A stretch of 64,000 nt of DNA. It comes from a virus. Both the position numbers and the translations under genes were made by a program. The notes below the pieces were generated by a model, which worked only from the letters and a program-made list of their open reading frames with translations, was not told the DNA's origin and did not search any database. The stretch spans positions 12,984 through 76,983 of the IMG/VR virus record IMGVR_UViG_3300033146_001643; one strand, 5' to 3'. Positions 11,604 through 21,837 of the stretch are shown piece by piece; within the stretch, counting starts at the first letter, position 1; each line of letters opens with the position of its first letter.

Positions 11604-14600
11604 ATGAGTTGCCCTAATAAAAATAATCCAGCCTGGAAGCTTCTAGTTATGAAACTAGGAGCTGACAATGCTATGCGAATATTTAAAGAGAATAATGATA
11701 ATATACCACCAACAGAGATAATTAATCAGTTGTCAATTATGTATAATAATACACAAACTAAAGTATCTATATCCAATCAAAAGATACCACAGGTATTATT
11801 AGATGAAATAAATACTAAGTATAACCTTGCTGATAGTAAAGGGAGATTACGTAAATTTAATAATGTTGAGGCTATGTTAGATAACCTCAATAGATTGCCA
11901 GGTTTTACTTTTATAGAAGTTAATAATAATGATGGAACTTCATCTATACAAGCATTTCAACAAGTTGTTAGTAATACAGATAATGATGCGGAATTTGCAG
12001 CTATAAGCAGTGAAAAGCAAAAAGATAAGCTTAAAACAAGGTATATTACATTACGTAATATAGAAGAGCTAGTTTTACCAGAAGATATTAAATTGGGGGT
12101 ATTAAAATTGATTGAACAACGAGACTTGATTAGGTCAACAATGAATAGAGACAAGTCAAAAACCGCCGCTATACAACTTGAAATTGACGATATTAATCAT
12201 GTAATTACAGAAATAATTATAAGTAAGAAATCATTAGAGCTTGTAGATATAATGGAACATAGGATTAATAGTGCTACTGCTAGGTTGAAAACTTCGGGGA
12301 ATTTAACCCCAACTGGGTTAAGAATACTGTATTCTGAAATATTAGTTTGGACTGATTTAATTAATAAATGGCAAGACCCAGCTAATTCTCATTTAGAGGC
12401 TCATAATAACCCAATTGTACAACAAAGAATAGCTGGGCTATATGGTTCTTTATCAATAATACAAGCGGATTTTTTACATCTACAACAACAGCTTTATAAA
12501 AACGAAATGAATAAGTTATTGCCACGTGAGCTTAAAGATGAAGACTTAACAAGAAGTAGGGAAATAACTAAAGCCAGGAGAATGACTACTGATTTATCTG
12601 AAGTACGAGATAGACTAGTACAATCTATAGATAAACTATTAAAAGGAGCGGATAGAAGTAGTATGAATGATTACAATAAACAAGCTAAGACTTTAGAAAA
12701 TAAACTAGCGTATTTTAGAAAAAATGGACTACAATTAGATAGTAAAGAATTTAGAGATGTATTATTGCAAAAAGATAAAGATGGTGAATTAACTGGTGAG
12801 TTGGTAGATGAGCGTAGTGCTTTGTTTGAAGATATGGAGAAGAAAAATATAGCTGACAAAATATCACTTAGGTATATGGAGTCTATAAAAGGAATGTTTA
12901 GAAAAGTAAAAAGTATAAAATCATGGGAGTCTTCTGTATATATAACAGTTGATTTAGCGATGTTGCAAAATAATAAAAAGGTTGAGTTAAATAGATTAGT
13001 CGACTTAGTTGGCGAAGTTAGAGCTAAAACACTAATAGTCGATGCTGAACTTAAATATGAAGAATATAAAGCTGCTTTAGCCCACATGAAAATTATATTG
13101 GAAGAGCGTATAAAATATGATAATGATTATAATGAGGCAGATGCTACAATAGAAAAATTTATAGGTGAACAGTCAGAAAAAAATGCTCTTATAGATGAAA
13201 AAGTTTCAAATGCGATTAGAAAATGGGAAGATAGGAATAACCCATTAAATTATACTAAATATATAACTGATACAACGCCTACCACTTATGCTATGGAGAC
13301 TAATTATGTAGCTAAAACATTAAATAGGTCTGCGTATAATGGTAAAGTGTTCAATGAGCAATTTAAAGTTATTGAGGATAATGATTTAATGTATGAATTT
13401 TATATATGGTATGTAGAACAATTGCAAATACAAAAAGCTAAATTACCGCAAGATGTACTAGATAATATGAGCTATACATTTTTACCTGAAGTGTACAAAG
13501 AAATGACTGAAAAATTATCTTCTGGGAAAAATGGATTAGCCAGTGTGCCTGGAAGAATATTCGAGATGTTAAAGTCTGGGGAAATAGCTGACTCATTTTT
13601 ACAGAGTATAGCTGTTGACAATAAGGTAGATAATGATAATTTATACGATAGTGCAGGAAATAAAAAGCGTGCTATACTAGTTAAATACACTAATAATAGT
13701 ATAGAAATACATAAAAAAACATTAGATAACTTAGTTGTTAATAAAAGTGTATTGGAGGCTAAGCAAGCTAGTGCTTTAAAAATAATAGCTAATAATCCAT
13801 CAGGCACAAAGACATATATAGATGCATATACTTATTTAAAAAAATCTAAAAAAGAATTAGTTAAAATTGAGAAACAAGTTGAGATAACAACTAAAAAATT
13901 AGCTACTATTAGGCGTGATAGAAGTACTGATTTAGTGGGTGTATTAAAAGCTTTTACATTAATGGCTACGTATCATCAGCATAAAGCTATAGTAGAAGAC
14001 CATGTATTAGCGGGGAGGCGGATATTAGAAAATATAGCTATGGTAGAAACCAAAGATGGCTCATTTGTAAATAAGTCAGAAGGGGCTGTGCAATTAAAAG
14101 CTGCAACTGATTATGCTATAAATGCTGTATTATACGAAGAACAGCGTATAGATAGGCAACCAAGTGATAATGCTATATATATTAATAAAGATACTAGACA
14201 ACAAAAGAAAAAAATAGATAATGAAATGAAAGCTTTGGATAAAGAGTTTGCTAATGGCGATATAACAACCGAGGAATATAATATTGCTATAAAACATAAA
14301 GAACAAGAATTGGGGGAATTAACTGGTAAAGCTGTAAGTTGGAGTAAAGTATTTGATAAATTCTTAACATATACACAATTAAAAGGACTTGGTTACAATG
14401 TACAATCAGCAGCTATCAATTTAATATATGGGTTGATTTCTAATCAAATGTATGCAGCGTCCTCGGAAGATATAGATAATAAATCATTAGTAGAAGCTTT
14501 TAAGATTATGAAGGGTAGTATGATACAAAAAACATCTGGGATAGCTGTGGGTGAAGCTCGTAAAGTAGAAGCATTAATAGATAAATTTAATGTACTATTT

Positions 14601-15626
14601 GAAGTAAGTGAAGCTGCTTATGGAACTAAGAACACTTTATCCGACAAAATAAAGAAATTGGGAATATTATTGCCGTATGAGGGGCAAAAACGTGGGGAAT
14701 ATATTATACAAGGAATGTTATTAGTAGCTATGTTAAAGAGCAAAACGATACAAATTAATGGTAAAAATATAGCATTATACGAAGTATTTAAAGAGAATGG
14801 TGAATGGGATACTGAGAAATACGGAGAAGAACAAGAAGAATGGAGTACAGATGTTACTGGTTTAAGTAATAATAGTTATACTAAATTTAGGGATAGGATT
14901 ATACAAACTATAAAACGTGTTCATGGTAATTATGACCCTACATCAATGGTAGAGGGAAAAGCTACTAGTATAGGTAGAATGTTATTCCAGTTTAAATCTT
15001 GGATTCCAGCAGGTATAACTACTAGATTTGAGCGTAAACGGTATGACCAGTATTTAGACAGAGATGTTAAAGGCAGATATAGAAGTATTAAAGATATAGG
15101 CTATGGCACAGGTTTAAAGATAATGGCTAATCCATCTTATATACTCGGATTAAAGAAAATACAACTTGATTCTTTAGGGAGATTAGCAACTGCCGAGGAT
15201 TTAACTAATATGAAGTATAATCTACAAGAGATGCGTTGGGTATTATTATCTGTAATAACTAGTCTTACCTTAGCTATGTTAGGAGCTTTTGCGAGTAATG
15301 ATGACGAGGAAGAAAAATTGATTACCTTATTAATTAATAATGCAACTAGGTTACAGGGAGATATGACATTTTATTTAAACCCTATGACTCCAATAGATTT
15401 AGTTAAGAGCCCAGTAGCAGTATTAAAATCATTTACAGATATAGTTAAATTAGTAGATGCTTCTACTAAAATTATATATAAAGATGACCCTTATTACAAT
15501 ACAGAATATTACTTACGTAAAGTAGCTAAGATAATACCATTTTTTAGTAACGTTGACCAACTATATGGTGCTACACAACGTACTTATGATAAGCACCCAA
15601 TAATTGATGCGTTGATTAAGAAGTAG
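11604..15626 (+). CDS. Large virion-ejected (cargo) protein, 1340 aa
   Basis: Follows the vRNAP. MSCPN N-terminus and C-terminal VHGNY...GRMLFQFKSW plus a hydrophobic helix are typical of crAss-like ejection proteins. Confidence 0.75.
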   Translation: MSCPNKNNPAWKLLVMKLGADNAMRIFKENNDNIPPTEIINQLSIMYNNTQTKVSISNQKIPQVLLDEINTKYNLADSKGRLRKFNNVEAMLDNLNRLPGFTFIEVNNNDGTSSIQAFQQVVSNTDNDAEFAAISSEKQKDKLKTRYITLRNIEELVLPEDIKLGVLKLIEQRDLIRSTMNRDKSKTAAIQLEIDDINHVITEIIISKKSLELVDIMEHRINSATARLKTSGNLTPTGLRILYSEILVWTDLINKWQDPANSHLEAHNNPIVQQRIAGLYGSLSIIQADFLHLQQQLYKNEMNKLLPRELKDEDLTRSREITKARRMTTDLSEVRDRLVQSIDKLLKGADRSSMNDYNKQAKTLENKLAYFRKNGLQLDSKEFRDVLLQKDKDGELTGELVDERSALFEDMEKKNIADKISLRYMESIKGMFRKVKSIKSWESSVYITVDLAMLQNNKKVELNRLVDLVGEVRAKTLIVDAELKYEEYKAALAHMKIILEERIKYDNDYNEADATIEKFIGEQSEKNALIDEKVSNAIRKWEDRNNPLNYTKYITDTTPTTYAMETNYVAKTLNRSAYNGKVFNEQFKVIEDNDLMYEFYIWYVEQLQIQKAKLPQDVLDNMSYTFLPEVYKEMTEKLSSGKNGLASVPGRIFEMLKSGEIADSFLQSIAVDNKVDNDNLYDSAGNKKRAILVKYTNNSIEIHKKTLDNLVVNKSVLEAKQASALKIIANNPSGTKTYIDAYTYLKKSKKELVKIEKQVEITTKKLATIRRDRSTDLVGVLKAFTLMATYHQHKAIVEDHVLAGRRILENIAMVETKDGSFVNKSEGAVQLKAATDYAINAVLYEEQRIDRQPSDNAIYINKDTRQQKKKIDNEMKALDKEFANGDITTEEYNIAIKHKEQELGELTGKAVSWSKVFDKFLTYTQLKGLGYNVQSAAINLIYGLISNQMYAASSEDIDNKSLVEAFKIMKGSMIQKTSGIAVGEARKVEALIDKFNVLFEVSEAAYGTKNTLSDKIKKLGILLPYEGQKRGEYIIQGMLLVAMLKSKTIQINGKNIALYEVFKENGEWDTEKYGEEQEEWSTDVTGLSNNSYTKFRDRIIQTIKRVHGNYDPTSMVEGKATSIGRMLFQFKSWIPAGITTRFERKRYDQYLDRDVKGRYRSIKDIGYGTGLKIMANPSYILGLKKIQLDSLGRLATAEDLTNMKYNLQEMRWVLLSVITSLTLAMLGAFASNDDEEEKLITLLINNATRLQGDMTFYLNPMTPIDLVKSPVAVLKSFTDIVKLVDASTKIIYKDDPYYNTEYYLRKVAKIIPFFSNVDQLYGATQRTYDKHPIIDALIKK

Positions 15627-15643
15627 CCAATTATAAATTTTTT

Positions 15644-15683
15644 AAAAAGAGCATACCATTTGAATGATATGCTCTTATTTATT
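15644..15683. terminator. Bidirectional intrinsic terminator between convergent modules
   Basis: AAGAGCATA (15647-15655) / TATGCTCTT (15668-15676) stem with an A-tract on the left and a T-rich tract on the right. Confidence 0.8.
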
Positions 15684-16141
15684 TAAAGTTCAATAAAATC
15701 AGTCTCTTTGGATTCTAATTGTCCTAATCTATGTAAAGTTCTTAATATCTTGTTTAAGTCTGTATTATTATTATTACTTAATTTATTAGCTAATTTATCC
15801 AGTAAACTGGTTGTAGGATTTAATGCCTGTTGTATTGAAATATTTTTCGGGTAATACTTGATAATAGCAGTTTTAGCTCTATTACTAAATTTTGAATAAA
15901 GCCCTAATGTAAATAACGTGTAATCTACTATATATTTATCTGCGATTTGTATTTTTATATACTCTATCCCTGATTTATCTATAACAATACTAATATTTGG
16001 TAAATCTAATAATGTTGGTTGTATGTTTTTTATATATACGTATGCTTTTGTATCCTCTTTTCGTATTTTTCCTACATGTGGAAATTTATTTTCTGATATA
16101 GGCAACAATAATGGTATTAAGTATTTAGTAGTTCTATTCAT
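15683..16141 (-). CDS. Hypothetical protein (crAss-like DY..F..G.YSK.S type)
   Basis: 152 aa ORF, last gene of the minus module. Confidence 0.65.
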   Translation of the reverse strand: MNRTTKYLIPLLLPISENKFPHVGKIRKEDTKAYVYIKNIQPTLLDLPNISIVIDKSGIEYIKIQIADKYIVDYTLFTLGLYSKFSNRAKTAIIKYYPKNISIQQALNPTTSLLDKLANKLSNNNNTDLNKILRTLHRLGQLESKETDFIEL

Positions 16142-16143
16142 TT

Positions 16144-16881
16144 TTACATTCTATATTTAATCGCTGCTGCATTTATATAATCAGTATGCAATTTAATAGA
16201 TAAATATCTTTTATAAAATCTTTGTAGTCCTTCTACTTCACCATAAGAGATTACATATTCAGTTAACACATTTAATACACTGTCAGTAAAGTTAGTATAT
16301 TTAATGCTTATGTTACTAGTTATTTTACTATAACCAGTTACTTTGTTTTTGTCTAGTAGTAAAGCTGTTAAATTATTTTCAGCTTGCTGTTTATCAATAT
16401 ATTTAATATCTAATAGGTTTACAAATGATGTAGGTGTACAATGTACACCATTAAGTTGTTTGAGCTTATTATTATTGTGCAATAATAATGGACAGTTTTT
16501 ATGTAAAGCCATTGTACTAGTTATACCTAAGGATACAAAATGTTTATCTATATTAGTAGTATAGAAACGTTTATATAGTGTATACATAGCATTTTCCACG
16601 TCATTTACTTCTACCGCTCCCCAATGTACCTTTGTATTATTTTTTAAATACCCACCTTTTAATAATATAGATTTTATAAATTCTAAATGTGGCAATGTTA
16701 TTTGGCTGTATATAACTGCTGGTTTATTAGATAATAGTATATAGTAACTATTTGTTTTTATATACTGTAATATTTTATGCACATACTTATTACACATTGT
16801 AGTAATATGTGATTTTTCCATAGTATTTGCTTTAACAGCTAGCATTGTAAGTAGTAAATCACCGTCTATTATTGCTAACAT
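16144..16881 (-). CDS. Degenerate 5'-3' (flap) exonuclease-like protein
   Basis: N-terminal MLAIIDGD is typical of T7 gp6/PIN-fold exonucleases. The EADD, DKD and GD..DN motifs are not recognisable. Confidence 0.5.
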   Translation of the reverse strand: MLAIIDGDLLLTMLAVKANTMEKSHITTMCNKYVHKILQYIKTNSYYILLSNKPAVIYSQITLPHLEFIKSILLKGGYLKNNTKVHWGAVEVNDVENAMYTLYKRFYTTNIDKHFVSLGITSTMALHKNCPLLLHNNNKLKQLNGVHCTPTSFVNLLDIKYIDKQQAENNLTALLLDKNKVTGYSKITSNISIKYTNFTDSVLNVLTEYVISYGEVEGLQRFYKRYLSIKLHTDYINAAAIKYRM

Positions 16882-17228
16882 CTGATATAATGTATTGCTT
16901 CTTTATCTTCTAATCTTACAATATTATTTAATGTAACTATATTAATGTTAATATAGTTATTGTCTAGTGGTTTTTCTAAATCTATTGCCCCTATATGACT
17001 AGTAACACTTAAATCTAATAATCTAACAATTCTTGTTGTAAAATGCCCATTAGCTTTAATAAAAGTAACTCGTACTATTTCATTACTCTTTAATACTTTT
17101 CTTAGTACAGTAGTAAACACTCGTTTATTTACATATTTCGGGGTACATTTATTGAATTTTTTTAAAATTGTAGCTATTGGTAAATTCTTTAATCTTTTAT
17201 ATAATTGACCATCAATATATCTATACAT
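16875..17228 (-). CDS. Hypothetical protein, possible Sm-like/WYL-type beta-barrel
   Basis: VRVTFIKANGHFTTR motif; coupled overlap with neighbour. Confidence 0.5.
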   Translation of the reverse strand: MYRYIDGQLYKRLKNLPIATILKKFNKCTPKYVNKRVFTTVLRKVLKSNEIVRVTFIKANGHFTTRIVRLLDLSVTSHIGAIDLEKPLDNNYININIVTLNNIVRLEDKEAIHYIRC

Positions 17229-17243
17229 AATTAATCTGGTTAA

Positions 17244-19526
17244 TTATCCACATTTATCGTAATCACAGGTATCACACTTAGTACAACCATTTTGATAAAC
17301 TAACGTGCCTGTTTTACATTGCGGACAAGTTGATATTTTTATTTTTTTTGCATATTTACTTAGTATTCTAACTATTACAGCGGTAAATGTTGTAATAGGC
17401 AGCCTTACTTTCCGTAAATCTGCTATAATATCTTCGATGTTAGTACGTTGTCGTAATAACCTACTTATTAATCTAGTTAATGATTCTTCTTCTCCAACCG
17501 TGTATTGTGCAGCTAAATCTTTTATTGTTATATCTTTAGATTTAAACATATACGTTGGTTTATCTTTATTTTTAATCTTTATAATTTCCCCTGACTTAAC
17601 ATGTATTGTAGTATATGTATCTTTATAAGCAAATATTTCATAAGGTTGTGCATCGTATAATCCTATAAATACAGTCCAATAAGCTCCACCTATTTTAACA
17701 TTATGTACATCACATGGAAGTTTATTCGGGCGTTCTATAATAATATCGTTATTACTTTTACTTACATCATATATACCATCTCTTGAGCCATCTACATATA
17801 TAGTAACGCCTTTCAATCCTTTTTTATAAGCAGTTATATAGATATTTTCTACAACTTTTGTTGTTGTTCCTCTCGGCAAATTAATTGTGCTACTAATAGC
17901 TGAATCTACATATTTTTGAGCAATTGCTTGGGTAGCTATTCGTTTTTCCCAAGGTATTTCTAAAGCAGTTTTTCCCGCAAATGGGCTAACAGCTATTATT
18001 TCAGGTGTTATACTATCCATTATATTACAGGTATCTGCCCATAATAAAAATGTTGGGTGCACGTTATTAACTATCCGCCATTTATCCCCTACAGCATCTA
18101 TATAATCACACGACTTATTATCTAATACTTTTATTCGTCTTTTTCCTATTATATTATATACAGGCTCAATAGCAGGGCTTACTCCTAAGACTAAAGCACT
18201 AGTCCCTGTAGGAGCAATTGTGCTATTTGCTATATTACGTAATTTAATTTTACTTTCACTTGTTGCCTGACAATGCCCTCTAGTATTAACTAATTGTACG
18301 TTCATTTTTGCTTCTGCGGTATTTTTTGTTGCCATGATGTTTTCAATAAATACCATATCGTCTAATGGCTCACCTAGCATTATAATTGCATCTTGTACCC
18401 CCAATACACCAATCCCCATTCTACGAGATTTAACTAATTCATTACGTATTTTACTCCATAACGTAAATTCGGTAACTATTGTATGTTCTTCTGTTTTTTG
18501 TATTAGATTTATTATATTATCAATTTTATCAAGTTCTATGTTTACTAATGTATCTCCTATATTGTAAATATTTTTACATACCTGTATAAAACGTTGGTGA
18601 TTAAATTTAGCTTTTGATGTGAATGGGTCATTTACAAAAGCTGCTATGTTTATATGCAATAATCCACAACTAGCGTATCCAGGTAATGGTTGTTCTCCAC
18701 AAGGATTTGTACTAATTTCTTTGTACTCAAGACCATATTTTTGTGTACCATTTTCTAAAATAGTATCCCAAAACAAAACACCTGGCTCTGCACTAGCAGT
18801 TGCATTTTTAATAATTTTATCCCAAAGTTCTTTAGCTTTTATAATTTTAGTTATTTTTGGTTTAGCGGCATCTATTGGAAATTGTTGTTTAAATGAGTCG
18901 TTAGTAATAACAGCTTGCATAAACTCATTTGTTAGCTTTATAGATATATTAGCACCAGTTATTTTAGTTGTATCTAATTTTGCATTAATAAAGTCTATAG
19001 CATCAGGGTGTCGTACATCTAATGTAAGCATTAAAGCTCCCCGCCTCCCATCTTGAGCAACTTCTCTAGTTGCATTTGAATATCTTTCCATAAACGGAAC
19101 AATCCCTGTAGACTTTAACGCACTATTATTAACTGGGCTTCCTTTTGGTCTAATATATGATAAATCATGTCCTACCCCACCACCACGTTTCATTAATTGC
19201 GTTTGTTCTTGTTCTATCATATATATCCCACCGTAAGAATCTGGTGTCATATAATCCCCTATCACGTAACAATTTCTAGTACTTATAGGTTTATTAGTAC
19301 CAACTCCTACCATAGCTCTCCCCCCTAATATTATCTCTTTTTCCATAAACATTTTAAGTATTTCTAACGTAGGGACACCATCATCTATCCCATATTTCTT
19401 ATTTGCTTTTTTAATAGCATAAGCTATCCTATTAAATGTCCCCTCAATGTTTTTATCCCCTGGTTGTAACCATTTTTGTTCAAAAATGTCTTTGCCTAGT
19501 GGATTATTCTTAAAGTAATCGTGCAT
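17244..19526 (-). CDS. nrdJ: Class II (adenosylcobalamin-dependent) ribonucleotide reductase with C-terminal TSCPD/Zn-ribbon region
   Basis: NCYV, KRGGGVG, VAQDGRRGALM, TNPCGEQPL, TIAPTGT, ISSTINLP, KGVTIYVDGSR, and C-terminal CPQC...CTKC..C. Confidence 0.93.
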   Translation of the reverse strand: MHDYFKNNPLGKDIFEQKWLQPGDKNIEGTFNRIAYAIKKANKKYGIDDGVPTLEILKMFMEKEIILGGRAMVGVGTNKPISTRNCYVIGDYMTPDSYGGIYMIEQEQTQLMKRGGGVGHDLSYIRPKGSPVNNSALKSTGIVPFMERYSNATREVAQDGRRGALMLTLDVRHPDAIDFINAKLDTTKITGANISIKLTNEFMQAVITNDSFKQQFPIDAAKPKITKIIKAKELWDKIIKNATASAEPGVLFWDTILENGTQKYGLEYKEISTNPCGEQPLPGYASCGLLHINIAAFVNDPFTSKAKFNHQRFIQVCKNIYNIGDTLVNIELDKIDNIINLIQKTEEHTIVTEFTLWSKIRNELVKSRRMGIGVLGVQDAIIMLGEPLDDMVFIENIMATKNTAEAKMNVQLVNTRGHCQATSESKIKLRNIANSTIAPTGTSALVLGVSPAIEPVYNIIGKRRIKVLDNKSCDYIDAVGDKWRIVNNVHPTFLLWADTCNIMDSITPEIIAVSPFAGKTALEIPWEKRIATQAIAQKYVDSAISSTINLPRGTTTKVVENIYITAYKKGLKGVTIYVDGSRDGIYDVSKSNNDIIIERPNKLPCDVHNVKIGGAYWTVFIGLYDAQPYEIFAYKDTYTTIHVKSGEIIKIKNKDKPTYMFKSKDITIKDLAAQYTVGEEESLTRLISRLLRQRTNIEDIIADLRKVRLPITTFTAVIVRILSKYAKKIKISTCPQCKTGTLVYQNGCTKCDTCDYDKCG

Positions 19527-19534
19527 TTATTTAT

Positions 19535-20113
19535 TTATAAATTTAATATAGTGTTTATAATTGTCAATTCCGCTCGTGTTTTATCTCTAGTGTGTAATAT
19601 TATTGGTTTATATGTATAGTCTATTGCAGTATGCTCAAATAATGTATTACTGACGCATTTTATATCTAAAATTATATAATTATTAATATCTTTAATAGAA
19701 TTAATAAATTTTTTAACTATACTATAGTTAGCATGATTTTGTAGCGTCCCTAATTTATAATCTGTTATTCCTTTTATCCTATCACTATACACAAATAATT
19801 CTATATTATTTGATATAGTTTTTAAACGAGGTAATAATGTTTTATTTATTACTTGTTTTAAATATCTACCATGTAATTTTATCATATCTATACTATCATC
19901 TACAAATACCATTATTTTTATTGGTGCATTATCTTTTATGAGTTTATTATTTTTATACTTATAGCCATTAGCTAAAATAGTACGAATAAATCTATTTATT
20001 GTAATAGCGTTCTCTAGCCCATTTCTACGCAATACTTCATTTAAAGCTGCTTTTTTATATTTAGCTCTGTTGTATAATTCTACAGCAGTGCTAATATCTA
20101 CTTTCCCAAACAT
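19535..20113 (-). CDS. Hypothetical protein
   Basis: 192 aa ORF, TAATG-coupled to groES. Confidence 0.65.
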   Translation of the reverse strand: MFGKVDISTAVELYNRAKYKKAALNEVLRRNGLENAITINRFIRTILANGYKYKNNKLIKDNAPIKIMVFVDDSIDMIKLHGRYLKQVINKTLLPRLKTISNNIELFVYSDRIKGITDYKLGTLQNHANYSIVKKFINSIKDINNYIILDIKCVSNTLFEHTAIDYTYKPIILHTRDKTRAELTIINTILNL

Positions 20114-20394
20114 TATTCGGGAGTTATAGCTAAAATTATATCTTCTGGTATAATAATAAATTCTTCCCCATCTATATCTATCGGAATATAGCCAGCCCCA
20201 AATACTGTATATACAAAAGAGCCCTCTGTTAATAATAGGTTCTCTACGTCTAAACTAGTGGCTAATACTTTAAATTTAAGTAATTCTGGTTTAGTTGGAG
20301 TGGTATTTTTTTGTAAAATAATTCCGCTCTTAGTTTTCTTTTCAGCTTTTACTTCTTGAACAATTAAGTTCTTATTTATTGGTATTAAATTCAT
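20113..20394 (-). CDS. groES: Co-chaperonin GroES
   Basis: 93 aa; LIPINKNLIV, KTKSGIIL mobile loop, IDGEEFIIIPEDIILA. Confidence 0.88.
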   Translation of the reverse strand: MNLIPINKNLIVQEVKAEKKTKSGIILQKNTTPTKPELLKFKVLATSLDVENLLLTEGSFVYTVFGAGYIPIDIDGEEFIIIPEDIILAITPE

Positions 20395-20894
20395 TATATA
20401 GTATATTTTTTATTAAATGTATATTCTATAATATTATTTAAGTTTACTGGTCGAACATCTTTTGTACCAAATTCAAGTATTTGCAAATTCCCATGTTTTC
20501 TTACATAGCCATTAGCATTAGTTATAAATACCCCTGTCATAGTTCTTATCTCTCCGTGTTCACATGCTTCTTTAAATGCTGCGTTTGAATATTCTCCTTT
20601 TTGTGCTTTCTTGTACACTTCTATATAATTAGGTTTTTTATAAAATGTAATTGATATTGTTCTTCCACGCATTCCAGCTAATTCTTCGTTAAATTTTTTT
20701 AATAAGGCTGTTCTCGTTCCTAGTGCTTCACTATTGTTTACTCCGACTATTACTCTACTAGCTTCAGCTATAACTTTTGAAATTACTATTTCATCATTGT
20801 TATGTGCTACTGCTGTGTATGCCTCTATACCGTTAACAGTAGTCTTCCCAGTTATTTTTAATGTTCTGGTTAACTCTATAATTTTATCTTTCAT
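20394..20894 (-). CDS. Hypothetical protein
   Basis: 166 aa ORF with ITFYKK...RTMTG pattern; translationally coupled. Confidence 0.65.
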   Translation of the reverse strand: MKDKIIELTRTLKITGKTTVNGIEAYTAVAHNNDEIVISKVIAEASRVIVGVNNSEALGTRTALLKKFNEELAGMRGRTISITFYKKPNYIEVYKKAQKGEYSNAAFKEACEHGEIRTMTGVFITNANGYVRKHGNLQILEFGTKDVRPVNLNNIIEYTFNKKYTI

Positions 20895-20912
20895 TTTGTT
20901 ACTATTTATTAT

Positions 20913-21827
20913 TTATATTATAAAAAATTCTGTGTTTAATTGTTCTCCTTTAATTAACTGCTCATCTCTATATTTTATATTAGCTGTTATTTTATTTACC
21001 CAATTGGTAATATCTGTCTTTGTAAACGTACTAGAGTGTGTATTGTTAGGCATTATTCCTATAGTTGCTGCATAGTTTACACTCGTAAATGAATCGTCTT
21101 TATGGTGCAATAATACTATAGTAATATCTGAGTTAGCTTTAACAAATTCGGCTACTTTTAATTTATTTTGTTGACTACTATTTTCTCTGCCGTCTGTTAT
21201 AACTATTAAAGTGGCGTTTTTAATAGCGTTTAGTTTATTATACCCTAAAATAATAGCATCATTTAAAGCCGTTGTTCCCGATGCTTTGTGTGTATATACT
21301 GTTTCATCAATAGGGCTTACATCTCTAACACAGTAAGCATTGTAATCAAAATTTATAATCCCTAAATTGATATTAGGGTAGCTAGCTAATTGTTGTAACA
21401 AATTATTTACGGCTGTTGTTACATGTGAACTTATAGTACACATAGAAGTACTAGTATCAATTGCTAGCATATATGTATGTTCGGTTACTGACTTCCTGAA
21501 AGTTTTTTGTAATTTAGTTGGTGTTATTGTATGATAAAACATATTATTATCAAGAACGGATTTAAAAGTAACAACCTCATCTGTTATACTAATTATTGTG
21601 TATTTTATGTTTTTCTGCGTTCCGTTTTTTCTAATTATTTTATCACCAATTTCAAATTCTTGGTGTTCCTCTTTAGTATCTGTATTTTTGAGATTTGTCA
21701 AGTATTTACGTAATTGATAAACACTGGGATTACCAGTACTTGTTTTAAAACCATATTTCTCTGCCGCCCCAATTAACGTCATTGTATGTACGTCTCTTAA
21801 AAGTTCTACTTTATTTATATTTCTCAT
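20913..21827 (-). CDS. von Willebrand factor A (MIDAS) domain protein
   Basis: DTSTSM (DxSxS), GTTALNDAI, VITDGRENSS. Confidence 0.88.
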   Translation of the reverse strand: MRNINKVELLRDVHTMTLIGAAEKYGFKTSTGNPSVYQLRKYLTNLKNTDTKEEHQEFEIGDKIIRKNGTQKNIKYTIISITDEVVTFKSVLDNNMFYHTITPTKLQKTFRKSVTEHTYMLAIDTSTSMCTISSHVTTAVNNLLQQLASYPNINLGIINFDYNAYCVRDVSPIDETVYTHKASGTTALNDAIILGYNKLNAIKNATLIVITDGRENSSQQNKLKVAEFVKANSDITIVLLHHKDDSFTSVNYAATIGIMPNNTHSSTFTKTDITNWVNKITANIKYRDEQLIKGEQLNTEFFII

Positions 21828-21837
21828 TTGTTTAATT

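Noticed and set aside
239-13807. Many short minus-strand ORFs inside the giant genes, and similar antisense ORFs elsewhere (e.g. 35841-36425)
   Set aside because: Hydrophobic antisense shadows of AT-rich coding sequence, with no motifs.
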